Of a DNA stretch of 64,000 nucleotides, positions 1 through 12,404 are shown piece by piece. Location: positions 1 through 64,000 of the forward strand of contig CAUYUJ010000217.1 of assembly GCA_963575745.1 (NCBI GenBank). The letters run 5' to 3'. The stretch comes from Prorocentrum cordatum. Lineage: Eukaryota. The first letter of the stretch is position 1. The number at the start of each line of letters is the position of its first letter. A program made the position numbers and the translations under genes. The notes beneath the pieces were generated by a model, which saw only the letters and a list, made by a program, of their open reading frames with translations, was not told the origin of the DNA and searched no databases.

Positions 1-378
1 TCGCACTCTTCGTGGCCCCATACGCATTTCCTTCATGTCCCAGCTGTCGCCCTTCGTGGCCTACGTCGTGCCCTTCGTGGCCCTGCTGTCGTTCTCTCTC
101 TCGCTTTCGCTCGTCGCCGTCGTCGTCGTCGACGTCGTCGTCGTCGTGGTCGGTCCCCTGTCCGTCCCTCCTGGGGTCGGGTAGCTGCCGATCAGCGCTG
201 CCGCTGGCCAGGCCGACGGTCCGCTGTCGCCCCGCCGCTTGCCGGGGCCCGGCCTGCAGGGAAGATAGGTAACCCCCCCGAAAGGAGTACGATTGAAGAC
301 GAAGAGGGTGTGTATCGAGGGTTTGGGAAATATGCGTTAACGGACACTCGAGCAGATAAGAGCGAACAGTCTTAAATT

Positions 379-974
379 GATTGTTGTTGTTGTGGTTGTT
401 GTGGTTGTGGTGGTTGGTGTGGATATTGATGTTGTTGCTGTTATTATGATTGGTGTTGTTGGTGGTGTTGTTGCTGTTGGTTTCGTTGTTATTGTCTTTG
501 TTGTTGTCGTCCTCGTCGTCGTTGTTGTTGTTGTTGTTGTTGCTGTTGTTGTTGGTGGTGGTGTTTGTGTTGGTTTTGTTGTTGGTGTTGTTGCTGGTGC
601 TGGTGCTGGTGCTGGTGCTGTTGTTGCTGTTGCTGATGCTGTTGTTGTTGCCGCTGTGGTTGTTGTTGATGTTGTTGTTGCTGTTGTTGCTGTTGTTGAT
701 GTTGTTGTTGTTGCTGTTGGTGTTGCTGTTGTTGTTGATGTTGTTGTTGCTGTTGCTGTTGTTATTGGTAGTGTTATTGTTGTTGTTGTTGTTGTTGTTG
801 GTGGTGTTGTTGTTGTTGTTGGTGTTGGTGTTGTTGTTGATGTTATTGTTGTTGTTGGGGTTGTTGTTGCTGTTGTTGTGGTTGTGGCTGTGGTTGTTGT
901 TGTTGTTGCTGTTGTTGATGTTGTTGTTGTTGTTGGTGTTGTTGTTGCTGTTGTTGTTGTTGGGGTTGTTGGGG

Positions 975-1017
<43 letters not shown>

Positions 1018-1091
1018 GGTTGTGGTTGTGGTTGTGGTTGTGGTTGTTGTTGTGGTTGTGGTTGTGGTTGTGGTTGTGGTTGTGGTTGTGG

Positions 1092-1150
<59 letters not shown>

Positions 1151-1180
1151 GCTGCTGCTGCTGCTGCTGCTGTTGTTGTC
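379..1180. repeat. Degenerate (GTT)n/(GTTGTG)n microsatellite
   Basis: Direct reading; explains the poly-V/poly-T/poly-L/poly-Q ORFs here. Confidence 0.95.
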
Positions 1181-1424
1181 GGCCCCGCTCGGACACCTCG
1201 CGGGAAGGGAGGCGTGGCGGCCACGGGCGCCGTGCCCCCTCCGTGCCAGACGGGCCTCACCGGGCCAGGCCCGCCCTCGTTGCCGCTCCCGGCTCTGGGG
1301 GGGGCCCGGGCGCGAGGGCGCGAGGAGGGAACAAGCCTCGCAAGAAGTGGGGCGGCCTCGCCCTCCTCGGCCCCCATCATTCCGGGCGAGGCCCTGCGGG
1401 GTCGCCCCAGCCTTGAGGCTGAGC

Positions 1425-1815
1425 TCGGCGGCGAGCGAGGGGGGGAAGCGAGAGGGAGAGGCCCTTCTCAGAGGGCGGCGGGGCTTCTCAGAAGCCCTGC
1501 GGCCTTCTCAGAAGTTTCCAGTGCCTTCGGGGCGGGCTTCGAAGACTTCTCAGAAGGCTGGGGAACTTCCGAGCCTCCCGAGAAGGCCCGCCCCTTCCCG
1601 CTTCCCCCCTGGGCTCGCCGCCGACCAACAGCAAATGTTGTCCAAAACCAGCAGCGGCCGCTGTAGGGTGGGCGTCTGTCTGTCTCACGTGTACCACGTC
1701 CGCGGCGACGCCGACGACGAAGCCTGTTCAAGATGGACAAGAACTGCTGTCAATCTCCGTACCCGTCCTCTCCGTACCCATGTCCGTCCTCCAGACAAGA
1801 GGAGGTCACGGGCCT
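1425..1815. mobile_element. Composite interspersed repeat: ~200-bp MITE with CTTCTCAGAAG internal palindromes (1425-1624) plus part of a second element
   Basis: TIR TCGGCGGCGAGC / GCTCGCCGCCGA. The whole block recurs inverted at ~35228-35614, and the MITE part recurs at ~40853-41049. Confidence 0.8.
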
Positions 1816-2056
1816 CCTCGCCCGCCGCCGATGCGCGGGCCCCCCAAGTTCGACCGTCTCTGCGTGCCCTCCTCGCCGCGCGGGGCGTGCCGCGCCGGCG
1901 GGGCCCGTGCGGGCCATCGCGTGCGGTCGCCGGGTCTTCGCGCGCATTGTCGGACCCTTTTCAGGAGGGAAAAAACACACACACACAATGAATCGGCGAT
2001 ATTCAATTCATCGCCGGGTCTTCGCGCGCATGTCGGACCCTTTTCCCGCTCTTGGC

Positions 2057-2215
2057 TTAAGTCGGGCCTGTCCCGCAACAGGGGGAATATGCAAGAATAG
2101 TAAAAAATAGTCTGGGGACTATTTTTTGATTATTTTTCGACTCTTTTGGAGTATGTGTTGACTCTTCTTTATTGTTCGCCCAAAGTCCGCCTGTAGGGGG
2201 ACACGCCCGACCTAA
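2057..2215. mobile_element. hAT-like MITE (159 bp)
   Basis: TIR TTAAGTCGGGCCTGTCCC / GGGACACGCCCGACCTAA; 8-bp TSD CTCTTGGC (2049-2056, 2216-2223); second copy at 57877-58037. Confidence 0.85.
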
Positions 2216-2599
2216 CTCTTGGCCCACGTGTGCCCACGCCGAGGCCTGCGAACAAGTAATGACATAAGCATGAAATTCGGAGGTCCGCGCGGATTCCTCG
2301 ATTGGCGCCGGAGCCCTCTGGCGGCGCCGCCCCTGGCGCGCTCCGCGCGCCAGGGAGGGGGGTCCAGCGCCGATCCGAGAAATCCGCGCGGACCTTAGAG
2401 TTCTTACGTTTATGTCGTTGACTGCTGCCGTCCCTCCAGATGCGTGGCCGTGCCCATCGCCCATCCTCGGCCTCCGCCGACGCGGCGCTGCCACTGCCGC
2501 GCAGGAGAAGGAGCTGAAGGAGTACACCGCGCTTCAGTGCCTCCACCGCCCCAGCATCCGCCCTCCGTCCGGGTGCAGGGCTGGCTTCCGCCAACGCGG

Positions 2600-2739
2600 T
2601 GTTCTCTCTCTCGCTCTCCCTTCTCTCCCCCGCTTGCTCCCTCCCTCGCTCTCTCCCTCCCTCTCTCACTCCCTCGCTGTTTTTTGTTGATTTGTTGTTC
2701 TCTCTCTCTCTCTCTTTTGTTTCTCTCTCTCTCTCTCTT

Positions 2740-2770
<31 letters not shown>

Positions 2771-2812
2771 GTTTCTGGTTTGTTGTTCTCTCTCTCTCTC
2801 GCTCTCTCGCTC

Positions 2813-2844
<32 letters not shown>

Positions 2845-2875
2845 ACTCGCTCCACCCCTCGCTCTCTTTCTCTGC
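2600..2875. repeat. (CT)n microsatellite
   Basis: Direct reading. Confidence 0.9.
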
Positions 2876-2911
2876 CTGGAAATACTGTTCTTGTCATTCG
2901 TACTACTATTA

Positions 2912-5020
2912 TCGAAGACGCCTACGGCGAATCACCGCCGCCCCCTGCCTTTTTGGAAGCGCCTATGTGGCCGAACGTTGAGGCCAGACCTGCCAAGCTA
3001 TCGGACCATGTGTTCCCCGAATCGGTTTGGAAAGCCTTCGGGGAACACGTGGGCATCTTGAAGGTCATCTTGGCCGTCTTGGAGGCCTCTTGGGCAAGCG
3101 GTGGGCGATCTTTGGGGCTTTTTGGGCCGTCTCGGGCCAGCTTCGAGCCAACTTCGGCCATCTTGGTGGGTTCCTGGCACGTCTGAAGCCGTCGGAAGCC
3201 GGTTGGGGGGCCTCAATGGGCCGACTTGGGGCCCGCTTGGAATGCTCCAGGGCCGTCTTGGAGGCCATCTTGGGCGTCTTGGAGGCCAGCTTGGGCGTGT
3301 TGGAGGCCTCTTGGGCCCTCTTGGGGCCCTCTAGGGGCCATCCTGGAGGCCACTTGGGCCATCATGGGGCTCTCTTGGGGGCCTCTTGGGCGATCTTGGG
3401 GGCTTCTTGGGCCGTCTCGAGCCGTCGGAGAGCCGAAAAGGCGCAAATGCCAGAATCCTTCAAAAACCAAGGACAAATCAATGATTTTGGCCTCTTCGGA
3501 CTCTCCTGGAGGACCTCTTGGAGGCCTCTTGGGCCGTCTGGGAGGCCTCTGGGGGGCCTCTTGGGCCGTCTTGGGCCGTCTTTGACTCTCTTGGGCCGTT
3601 TTGGAGGCCGTCTTGGACCATCTCGGGCGGACTTGGAGGCCATCTTGGGCCATCTTCGCGATTTTTTGAGGATGTCCCGAGCGAAACGGCCGTTTTTTAG
3701 AGGATTTGTTTCAGGATTGAGGTCCTTTCGGCTTCCTCCCGGGACCCCGGCGGGACGGGCCGAAGCCCACTGGGGAGTTCTTTTAGAAAAAGAACCAAAA
3801 CCAAAACCTGAATCATCCAGCACGCCGTGCACCCCTGCAAGCAGGGGGCGGCGGATCTAGTTGCCTTCGGCCCACCCTGCCACCGTGCCTGGGCTGTGGG
3901 CTGGAGGGCTCTCGGATACCTCTCGGGATGTGTTGGGACGGCTCCAGGGGGCTTCTTGACGTGCGTCCCTCGCGGGTACGACATATCGTCCGTGTGACTC
4001 AAATGGTGTGGTTGCCTGTATGCCTGAAGTGGTGCCAAGCAAGTACCATGTGGATCATATCGTCTATATTTGTGGAGGGCGATCAGTGGAGAGACAGCAT
4101 GTTGCCAAATAGTTTCCAGATGTCTAAACAATGTGTTGAACATGGTTTAAACATGTAAAAACCTGTTGCAGCGATGTTTAGAACATTTCTCAAACAGTTC
4201 AAACACCTGTTTAATTCAATGATGGGATCGATAGGGTGTCAATTGTCATGGCATCCACAATATGTATGGTTTCAGTGGTACCATGCGAGTGCCACTTGAG
4301 TCATGTCGTCAGCATGCATCGCCAAGTACCGCCGTCTGAGGGGCCTCTTGAGGCCCTCTTGGACGCTTGTCGGGGTCTCTTCGGGGGCATCCTAGATGCA
4401 ATTGTGAGGCCTCTGGAGGGCTGTTTTGGGGCGTCTTGGGGCCTCTGTCGGGCCTCGTGGGGGCCTCTTGGGGACCTCTCGTGGCCTCTCGGGAGGACTC
4501 TTTGGGCCTCCTGGGTGCCTCTTGGGCCATCTAGGATCCCTATTGGGCCGTGCTGGGGCGGTCTTGGAAGCCGCTTTGGACATCTTGGAGCGTCGGAAGC
4601 TCGAGCAGTGGGGAACCCAGTAGACATTGAACAAACATTTGAAAATCAATGATGTTGGTCGCGGCCATCTGAGGAAGGCTTTTGGAGGCCTTTTGGGACG
4701 TATTGGGCGCATTTCGGCTGATTGGAGGCCATCCTGGGCGTCTCGGGCCGATTGTTCGTCGATTCGGAGCCCTCTCAGACTGTTTTGGGAGCCTCTTCGG
4801 GCCCTCTTGGCCCGTCTTGGGGCCCTCTTGGGCAAAAGTCACGCGACAGGACGTGACAAGCCCCAGGAGGCACGCGGGAGCCTGGGAGGATTTGTGAATT
4901 TTGTGTCTGGGCCCCTTCAAGAATAGACAGCTTTGAGGACTGATGCTCCAGGGGATCGGGATCAAACAAGGGACTTGAGGACACTCCAGCTCGTGCCTCG
5001 ATGGCAAGGTGGCGGACATT
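2912..5020. repeat. Two blocks (2912-3890, ~4330-5020) of an abundant 'CTCTTGGGCC/GGAGGCC' interspersed repeat family
   Basis: Shared start CGAAGACGCCTACGGCGAATCACCGCCGCCCCCTGCC (2912, also 61072). GCAGGGGGCGGCGGAT at 3841 is inverted to it. Similar blocks at ~36580, 40050, 48700, 53380 and 60390-63490. Confidence 0.8.
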
Positions 5021-5276
5021 TTTTCTTAGTGATTAGTCGTATTATTAATCCTCCTCATCATCATCATCCTTTTTTCCCCCCACTTCATCCTCCTCCTGCC
5101 CCTCCTTCTCCTCCTCCTCCTGCCTCCTCCCTCCTCCATCCCCCTTTCTCCTGTCTTTCCTCCATCTCTCTCCTCCCTGTCCTCCTTCACTCCTTCTCCT
5201 TACTAATAATTCCTCCCTGTCGCACCCCGAGGCCAGTCGGAAGGGCGGGCCGGGCGTTTTGCCTGAGACTTCCTTA

Positions 5277-5416
5277 ATCCAGAAGCCGCATTAAAGTGAT
5301 CATTGAGGCCCTCTGTGACAGAGGGGGTGTTTTTCGGAGGCCCTTTGTGACAGAGGGGGCGCGTTCGGAGGCCCTCTGTGACAGAGGGGGTGCGTTCGGA
5401 GGCTCTCTGCGACAGA
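5277..5416 (+). repeat. Left TIR (28 bp) plus four subterminal CTCTGTGACAGAG-type sites
   Basis: Site centres at 5317, 5349, 5380 and 5411 (31-32 bp spacing). Confidence 0.9.
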
Positions 5417-5842
5417 GTTGCTCGTCACCCCGTTCCTCGTCATCCTGCTTCTTGATTTCGGATATGTCATGCTACCACTGCGCTCATCATCTTTGCGTCT
5501 GTGATCCTCGTCGTGTTTTTCCATGCGTCCTTTTCACAATTTCCACCACATTATCCTCCGTTGCCGTTCTGGCCCGCCATCTACCTCGTCACTCTCCTTC
5601 GTCTGCATGTCCTTATTCTTTTCCGCTCTTTTTTCGCCTCCCCTCTGGTTCGATTTCCGCTCTTCGTCCACTTCGTTCATTCGTTTCCAACCCCCCTTCC
5701 TTTCAAGTTCTCCGCCGTCCAATCACATCGCGTCGTCCGCCGCCGCTATGCTCAAACCATCCCGCGCCCGTGGGATCGCCCGCGAGCACCGGTGCAGCTG
5801 GGCCCGTCGCGGCCTAACGCGCGCCTGCGCCATCGTCTTGCA

Positions 5843-6991
5843 ATGGGCGATGCAGGCGGATACACATGGGATGGCGCGGGAGGGTGGTGGGATAGCCGCA
5901 GCAGCGGCTGGCGTGGCTGGGAGGACGGCCATGATTGGTCAGCGAGGGGTTGGAGAGACTGGCGACAAGACGGGCACACGCCAACGGAGGACGCCAAATG
6001 GCGCGATGGCCCTGCCGCCGCAGCAGCGGCGGCGGTCTCGCCTCAACGGCCGTCTCGCTTCGCCGCGCTTGGCGTTGTGAGCCCCCGCGCCCCTGGTCTC
6101 GGCATGCCCGAATTCGACAATTTCGTGAGGGCTGCCCTCCGAAACGTACCAGAACCTGGGAACACAGTTTCAGGAGAGGGGTCGGGATCCCGAGCCGCGC
6201 CTGCGGCGCAGGGGCCCCGCGCCACCGCAGCGGCGGCGGCGCGCGGGACCCAGGATTTTGAGAAGTTTGATTTTAATTATTTTTTGAGTTATGAAGAGAG
6301 GCTCGGCACTTCGTTTCAGCAACACAATCAAGCGTTGAAATGGTGGCGCCATCTGGATGAAGACCCAACTGCCCCGTTCGAGTCAGAAGCCAAGTGGTTT
6401 GACAATGCGGAGCCCACCATGGTCGCTGTTTGCGACCACGGTGCGAGGACGAGCTTTGGTTTCAAAAGCGACGAGGAAGTCCCTTGGCGGTGGCAAGAGA
6501 TGGTGGCGACGCTCAGGGGGGGAGATATCAGGGAGGTCGTGGAGGGGCCCCGCAGCAGCGGGGCTCTGATCGGCTGCCCCCTCGAAGTCCGGCCAAACAG
6601 CTACGACCACATGCGTCAGAGTATTGTGCGCGCGCGAAAGTTCGCGGGGCAGCGGGTGAAAGTGAAGCTGCCGATGTGGGATTTCGTGTTGCACCGCGAC
6701 GACGGGACAGGCGTCCGTTTACACCCGCACTGGGGCGACAGGAAGGCCGAAGCTCTGCCCCTCGTCCCCCACGCGGACACGGTGAGGCCACCAGCCGCGG
6801 GTTTGGGCGGGAGCGACGGGTCAGGAACTTTTCGCTGGTACAAGGACCTCGGCGTGGAGCGCAAGGTCAAGTTCGACGCCGCCAGAGAGAAGAAGGGGAG
6901 GCCGACGCCCTCTCAGGGGCCCCGCAGCAGCGGGGCCGCGGCGCCCAGCACCAGGCCCTCGGCGTCCGCAGCAGCGGGTGGCAAACAGTAG
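5843..6991 (+). CDS. Transposon cargo gene 1, unknown protein (~382 aa, Trp-rich N-terminus)
   Basis: Uninterrupted ORF from ATG 5843 after a pyrimidine-rich leader. Globular-looking core (QHNQALKWWR...WRWQEMVA...WDFVLHRDDGTGVRLHPHW). No family recognised. Confidence 0.65.
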   Translation: MGDAGGYTWDGAGGWWDSRSSGWRGWEDGHDWSARGWRDWRQDGHTPTEDAKWRDGPAAAAAAAVSPQRPSRFAALGVVSPRAPGLGMPEFDNFVRAALRNVPEPGNTVSGEGSGSRAAPAAQGPRATAAAAARGTQDFEKFDFNYFLSYEERLGTSFQQHNQALKWWRHLDEDPTAPFESEAKWFDNAEPTMVAVCDHGARTSFGFKSDEEVPWRWQEMVATLRGGDIREVVEGPRSSGALIGCPLEVRPNSYDHMRQSIVRARKFAGQRVKVKLPMWDFVLHRDDGTGVRLHPHWGDRKAEALPLVPHADTVRPPAAGLGGSDGSGTFRWYKDLGVERKVKFDAAREKKGRPTPSQGPRSSGAAAPSTRPSASAAAGGKQ

Positions 6992-9870
6992 TTTTGGGAC
7001 CGAATAACTCCCCAGACGATTTGGTTGCGGAGTAGATGGCTCCGCAGCAGCAGCGGGGCTCGAACGAAGGGCGCGTCGCATTTCGGCAGGGGCGCGCGCG
7101 TCGGCCGCCGAGATCGGGAGCGCGCGTGCAGGCGCCGTGGCGCGATCTTCGTTAAGAAGTCCCCCCTCTCCTCCCTGCCCCCCCATCCCGCCGCCCTCAA
7201 CGTCGGCTCCTCGCCGCCCGTTCCTCGTCGCTCCACGCCTGTTCGTTCTCCTCCAATTTCCTCTCCCGCTTCCTCGTTCTCTCCTTCCCATTTTTCCCTC
7301 CATCCCATTGCATCCCTGGCACCCCAGCGAAGTTCGCAGTTCGAAGTTTGAAGTTCGGAGTTCGAAGGTCGCAGTTTGAATTTCGAAGCTTCGCACTTCG
7401 AGGTTCGATCTTCGAACCTTCGTCATCTCGTCGTCGTAATCGTCGTCCTCGTTCGTCGTCGTCATTCCTCGTCGGCGTCGATTGTCGTTGTCGTCGTCGC
7501 TCGTTGTCGTCGTCGCCGTCGTCGTCGTGGTCGGCGTCGTCGTCGTCGGTCGTCGTCGTCGCTAGTCGTCGTCGCTGGTCGCCGTCGTGGTCATCGTCCT
7601 CGTCGTCGTCGTCGTGGTCGTCGTCGCCCTCGTTGTCGCCGTCGTGGTCATCGTCGTCGTCGTTGTCGTGAAACGCCCCACGTAGGAGGAGCAGAGAAGG
7701 GAGTAAGGAGAAATGAGCACGGTGGAGGGAGGAGGGAGGATTGAACAGGAAGAGGAGGGTGCAGATGGAGGTAGAAGGGATGAGGTAGTTCAGAAGTGGG
7801 AGCAGCAGACTGGCGCAATGGGAAAAGCCATGCGAGCGCAGGGAGGGATGGAAATGCGATAAAGTGAAGCCGCAGCCGTTGCAGGTCTGCCTCCCGCCGC
7901 GCCCGCCCGCCTCCGCGACGGAACCGCGCAGGGGCCTCTGCCGAAGTCTCCGCAGCAGCGGGGACTGCCAGAGGAGGCTCCTTCGCGGTTTTTGCGCCGC
8001 TATGGCGAGCATCGCGGGCAAGTACGACGCCGATGACTTCGAGCTCATCACGACGGAGGGCAGTGTTTGGCACTGGGCGACCATGGTGGTGCGGTTTCTC
8101 CAGTGGCGCAATCGTTGCCGCCATGCGCGCGCCGTCGGGGTGAAGGGCCAGATGCTCGTCGACCAGGCGCGGCAGATGATGGAGGAGGCGCGCCGCACCG
8201 AGGAGAAGGGCAAGATGATGCTTGTGATGTCGAAGAAGACGGCGAAGAACATCCCAGGCAATATTCGGTACTTTTGCCGCCAGCCGCACCAGGAGAGCTG
8301 AGCGGCGATCGGAGCTGGGCCGATAGAGGAGGATGAGGAGGAAGAGGAGGGGGGGTGAGGAGAGGAGGAGGGGGATGAGGAGTTGGAGGCAGCACGCGCA
8401 CCCGCACTAAGAGCCGCCAGCCGCGCCCGTCTCCGAGCATGAAACCCGAGCTTGGCTGGAAGGGGGGAGGGCGGCAGCAGAAACAGCGCAGGACAGGGAT
8501 GGGGGAGGTCACGCATCCGCCGCAGTAGTGGCGGTGGTACGGCAGTTCTCATGGCGGCGCGGCGGTCGCTGAGAAATGGAGCACGCGCGTGGGCCTGCGT
8601 GCGCTTAATTATGAGTGGCTCTCGCCCCCTCCCCTCCTCTTCCTCCATGAGATCTCTCTCCTGGTGCATATCCCCTGCCAGTGCTCGTCCTGCTCCTCTA
8701 TCCGCCCCCCCTCGTCCGTTCCTGCCACCAGCCACATGGGGCGTTCTCAATCAACACCCCATTGAGTGTCCCCATGTGAAGGTTGCCCTTGTCATGAGGG
8801 CGGACTCGCCAGAGCCGAGTGGCTGAAGAACTAGTAGTTTGGGGTCCGAACAGCTCCCCAGACGATTTGGTTGTGGAGTAGGTGGCGCCGCAGCAGCGGG
8901 GCTTGAATGAAGGGCGCGTTGCATTTCTGCAGGGGCGCGCGCGTCGGCCGCCGAGATCGGGGGCGCGCGCGCAGGCGCCGTGGCGCGATTTTCGTTTTGA
9001 AGTCTCCCCTCTCCTCCCTGTCCCCCCATCCCGCCGCCCTCAACGTCGGCTCCTCGCCGCCCGTTCCTCGTCGCTCCACGCCTGTTCGTTCTCCTCCAAC
9101 TTCCTCTCCCGCTTCCTCGCTTTTCCTTCCCATTTTCCCTCCATCCCAGTCCATCCCTGGCACCCCAGCGACGTTCGCAGTTAGAAGCTGGAAGTTCGGA
9201 GTTCGAAGATCGAAGTTTGAATTTCGAAGCTTCGCACTTCGAGGTTCGATCTTCGATCCTTCGTCATCTCGTCGTCGTAATCGTCGTCCTCGTTCGTCGT
9301 CGTCGTTCCTCGTCGGCGTCGGTTGTCGTCGTCGTCGTCGCTCGTTGTCGTCCTCGCCGTCGTCGTCGTGGTCGGCGTCGTCGTCGTCGATCGTCGTCGT
9401 CGCTAGTCGTCGTCGCTGGTAGCCGTCGTGGTCATCGTCCTCGTCGTCGTCGTCGTGGTCGTCGTTGCCCTCGTTGTCGCCGTCGTGGTCATCGTTCTCG
9501 TCGGCGTCGTCGTCGTCGTTGTCGTGAAACGCCCCACGTAGGAGGAGCAGAGAAGGGAGCAAGGAGAAATGAGCGCGGTGGAGGGAGGAGGGAGGACTGA
9601 ACAGGAAGAGGAGGGAGCAGGCAGAGGTAGAAGGGATGAGGTAGTTCAGAAGTGGGAGCAGCAGACTGGCGCAAGGGGAAAAGTCATTTGAGCGCAGGGA
9701 GGGATGGCATTGCGATAAAGTGAATCCGCAGCCGTTGCAGGTCTGCCCCCCGCCGCGCCCGCCCGCCTCCGCGACGGGAGCGGCCCGGGGCATGGAGCAG
9801 CCTGGCGCGACTGGAGCCGCGCAGGAACCTCTGCCGAAGTCTCCGCAGCAGCGGGGGCTGCCAGAGGAGG
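6989..9870 (+). repeat. Diverged direct duplication inside the element (~6989-7975 vs ~8836-9870), containing TTCGAA-rich and (TCG)n tracts
   Basis: Colinear sequence, e.g. TAGTTTTGGGACCGAATAACTCCCCAGACGATTTGG vs TAGTTTGGGGTCCGAACAGCTCCCCAGACGATTTGG. Confidence 0.9.
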
Positions 9871-12404
9871 CCCCTGATGCAGTTCCGCATGGAATGGCAG
9901 ATCCAGCACCGGCCCCCGCAGCAGCGGGGGGGGAGGTTGCAACGAAACTTCGGCCACTGCTTTCGTCGATGTCTGGTGCCCAGGAAAGCGCTTCGCAGAG
10001 CCTGCTGGTTGCTCAGGAAATGATGGAGAATGGCCGGATCGAAGAGGCGCGGAAGTTAACGGCCGCCGCCAACCGCCTTGCAGTCACAACGGCTAAGGAG
10101 GCGGCTTCCGCAGCAGCGGGGGCATCCGTGGAGCCAGGCGCCGCCGCAGTGGCAATCGAGCCTGGACAGAACGCCACCCGCTCCGATGACCCGAGACCGA
10201 GATCTCCCTGCACGACTAATTGGCGACAACGGCAGGCTCTGATCGCAGCACGCAAACTGCGTGAAAGCTCCTCCGCAGCAGCGGGGGCCCGCGTGATCAA
10301 GACTCTCGCCTTGACTTCGAGGGCTCGGTCGCCAGCGCTTCCTGTCCAAGAGGGCTTCCCAGAGGAAGGCCGCCCGCACTTCCCATCGGAAGAGCGCGGC
10401 CCGAGCCATTCCAAGCCTCTTGTGCCCCTGCTGTACGACGACGAAGACCAGGTGCAGGAGGGGCAGACAGAGGCGCGCGTGAATCTGGCCTTTGCTTCCC
10501 TCGTCCTGCGCGCGGGCGCCCCCCTGTCGGATTGGGTCGCAGCTGTCAGGGACAGGCGCGAAGGGGTCGCCTTAGTCTCCTTCGAGCCTGGCGCGCGCAT
10601 CAATCGCGATCGGCGGAAGCAACATCTCGACGATCTCATCCGCCAAAGTGGCTTCCACGGGGAGGTCGCGCGCGAGTGCGTCGGGGCTCTCCTCTGGGTT
10701 CCCGAGCGCGTCGAGCAGTGCGAGGTGCTTCGCTGGCACTGCCACGGGAAGTTCCTGGTTCAGGCCTGGTCGGTGACCCTGGCAGCGGTGGCTCACAATC
10801 CGAAAGCAAAGGAAGGCAAACTCTCCATAGCAGCGGGGGGCGTGTTCTTCCGACACCAGACGAGCCTCGCGGGACACCCGTGGCCCGAAAACTTCCGCAA
10901 CGGGCTGCGGAACTTGGCGTTGTGGCACCGAGTGCGTATTCTCGCTGGGATCTTCGACGCAGACAGGGAGGATCTTTCGGAGCTGCTCAGAAGTTGCGGC
11001 GCGTCTGGCACAGGCGTGCTCGGCTTGGCTTTGCGGCGTCCGACAAAAGGCTATCACGTGACGCGCCCGCGCGCGCTACATCGTGATTCTTGGCCCCGCT
11101 CAGGTTCGCGAGTGCCCTGCGGGCGGGCAGCCTGATCTGCCGCACTGGTTGAATCAGGTTTCCCAGCCTCCGCAGCAGCGGGGGCTCCTCACCAGCCTGC
11201 AGCACCGCCAGTTGGATTGGGCGGCGCGTCCGACCTGGGTCAGGCACACGGACGCGGAGCGCAAGGAGCAGGATACATATGACTGGCCGCACTTGCACAG
11301 GGTGATCCACAAGGCCCAGGATGCGAACCGCCTCACGGAACATTGCCACACATTGTTCGTTTTTATAGAAGCCAAGAACAGGAAGTCTGGCAAAGGCGCC
11401 GCGGCCAGGAAGAAGGATCGGAAGCGGGAAGCCAAGTGGGAAAACAGCGGGGAGAGTGGGCGGAGACAGAACCCGAAGCAACAGCCTCAGCAGCAGCGGA
11501 GGCGCACGGAGACCAGGAGGAGGCGGAGACAGAATCTGAAGCAGCAGCCTCCGCAGCAGCGGGGGCGCACGGAGCCCAGGAGGAGCTTGAGGGCGACGGG
11601 CGCGACGCCGTCGACCTCTGCAGCCCCGCGCCGCCCCAGGACGAACAGAGCAACCCTGACAGAGGTGAGAGGGAGGAGAAGAAGGAGAAGGAGAAGATGA
11701 AGAAAAACAAGAAGAAGAAGAATAACAAGAAGAAAGATATCAGGAGCAGAACCCCAAAGAGGACGAAGCCCTCGCAGCAGCGGGGGGGCAGCCGTTCCAC
11801 ACGCAGAAAGCGGGAGCAGAGGAGCAAAGACCGAATGAGGAGAGTGCCCTCGCAGCAGCGGGGGCGCAGCCGCTCCAGACGCAGAGGGCAGGGGCAGAGG
11901 GGGCGCAGCCGCTCCAGACGCAGTGGGCAGGTGGAGGGCGGCGACCGCAGGGCGGCGCGGGCAGGGCGGTTCCTGCCCACGCCGCCCGCGCACCCACCCC
12001 ACACAGGTCAGGTGATGCTGAGGCCGAGGGCATGGCGCCCGCTCCTCCCAGGCCAGATATGCCGTCCGCCAGGCATGCCGCCAATGATGCCACCACCACC
12101 GCCATCTCCCCCGCGTGGAGGAGGACGCCGCGGGCCCCCCCCGCTGGAGGAGACACCGCACCCTACGCCACCGCGGCTCGCCCCGAGCCAGCCGCCGCGC
12201 CCTCCGCCGAAGCGGCTCCTGCCAAGAGAGTCGCAGACGCCCCGCCCTCTGGCAGCGCCGCTCGCCCCGAGGCCGCCGCCGCAGCCTCCCCCGCCGCAGC
12301 TCCTCTCCAGGGAGTCGCCGCTTCCTGCGGACACGTTTGCGTTCAACAGTGACGCGTTCGAGGCATTGTCGCGGCGCCGCAGCCCTTCAAGCGACTCCAG
12401 CTGA
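9792..12404 (+). pseudogene. Cargo gene 2: frameshifted degenerate EEP-fold-like protein with an Arg/Ser/Pro-rich tail
   Basis: ORFs 9720-11135, 11083-11700 and 11343-12404 overlap in successive frames. RVRILAGIFD and HCHTLFVFI...RKS align in order with VDILCGDFN and AHYPLLFQM...RS of the EEP gene at 26551. Confidence 0.5.

Noticed and set aside
337..1991. Long poly-Thr/Val/Leu/Gln ORFs
   Set aside because: Translations of a stop-free (GTT)n microsatellite. The same applies to ORFs over the CT, CAT, GAG and TG tracts elsewhere.
3027..3860. ORFs in CTCTTGGGCC repeats (also 60274-63393)
   Set aside because: Low-complexity LG/AS/W translations in several frames, with no domain.
7328..7422. Heat-shock-element array (TTCGAA repeats)
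   Set aside because: Spacing is TTCGAA rather than TTCnnGAA; better explained as a short-period repeat.
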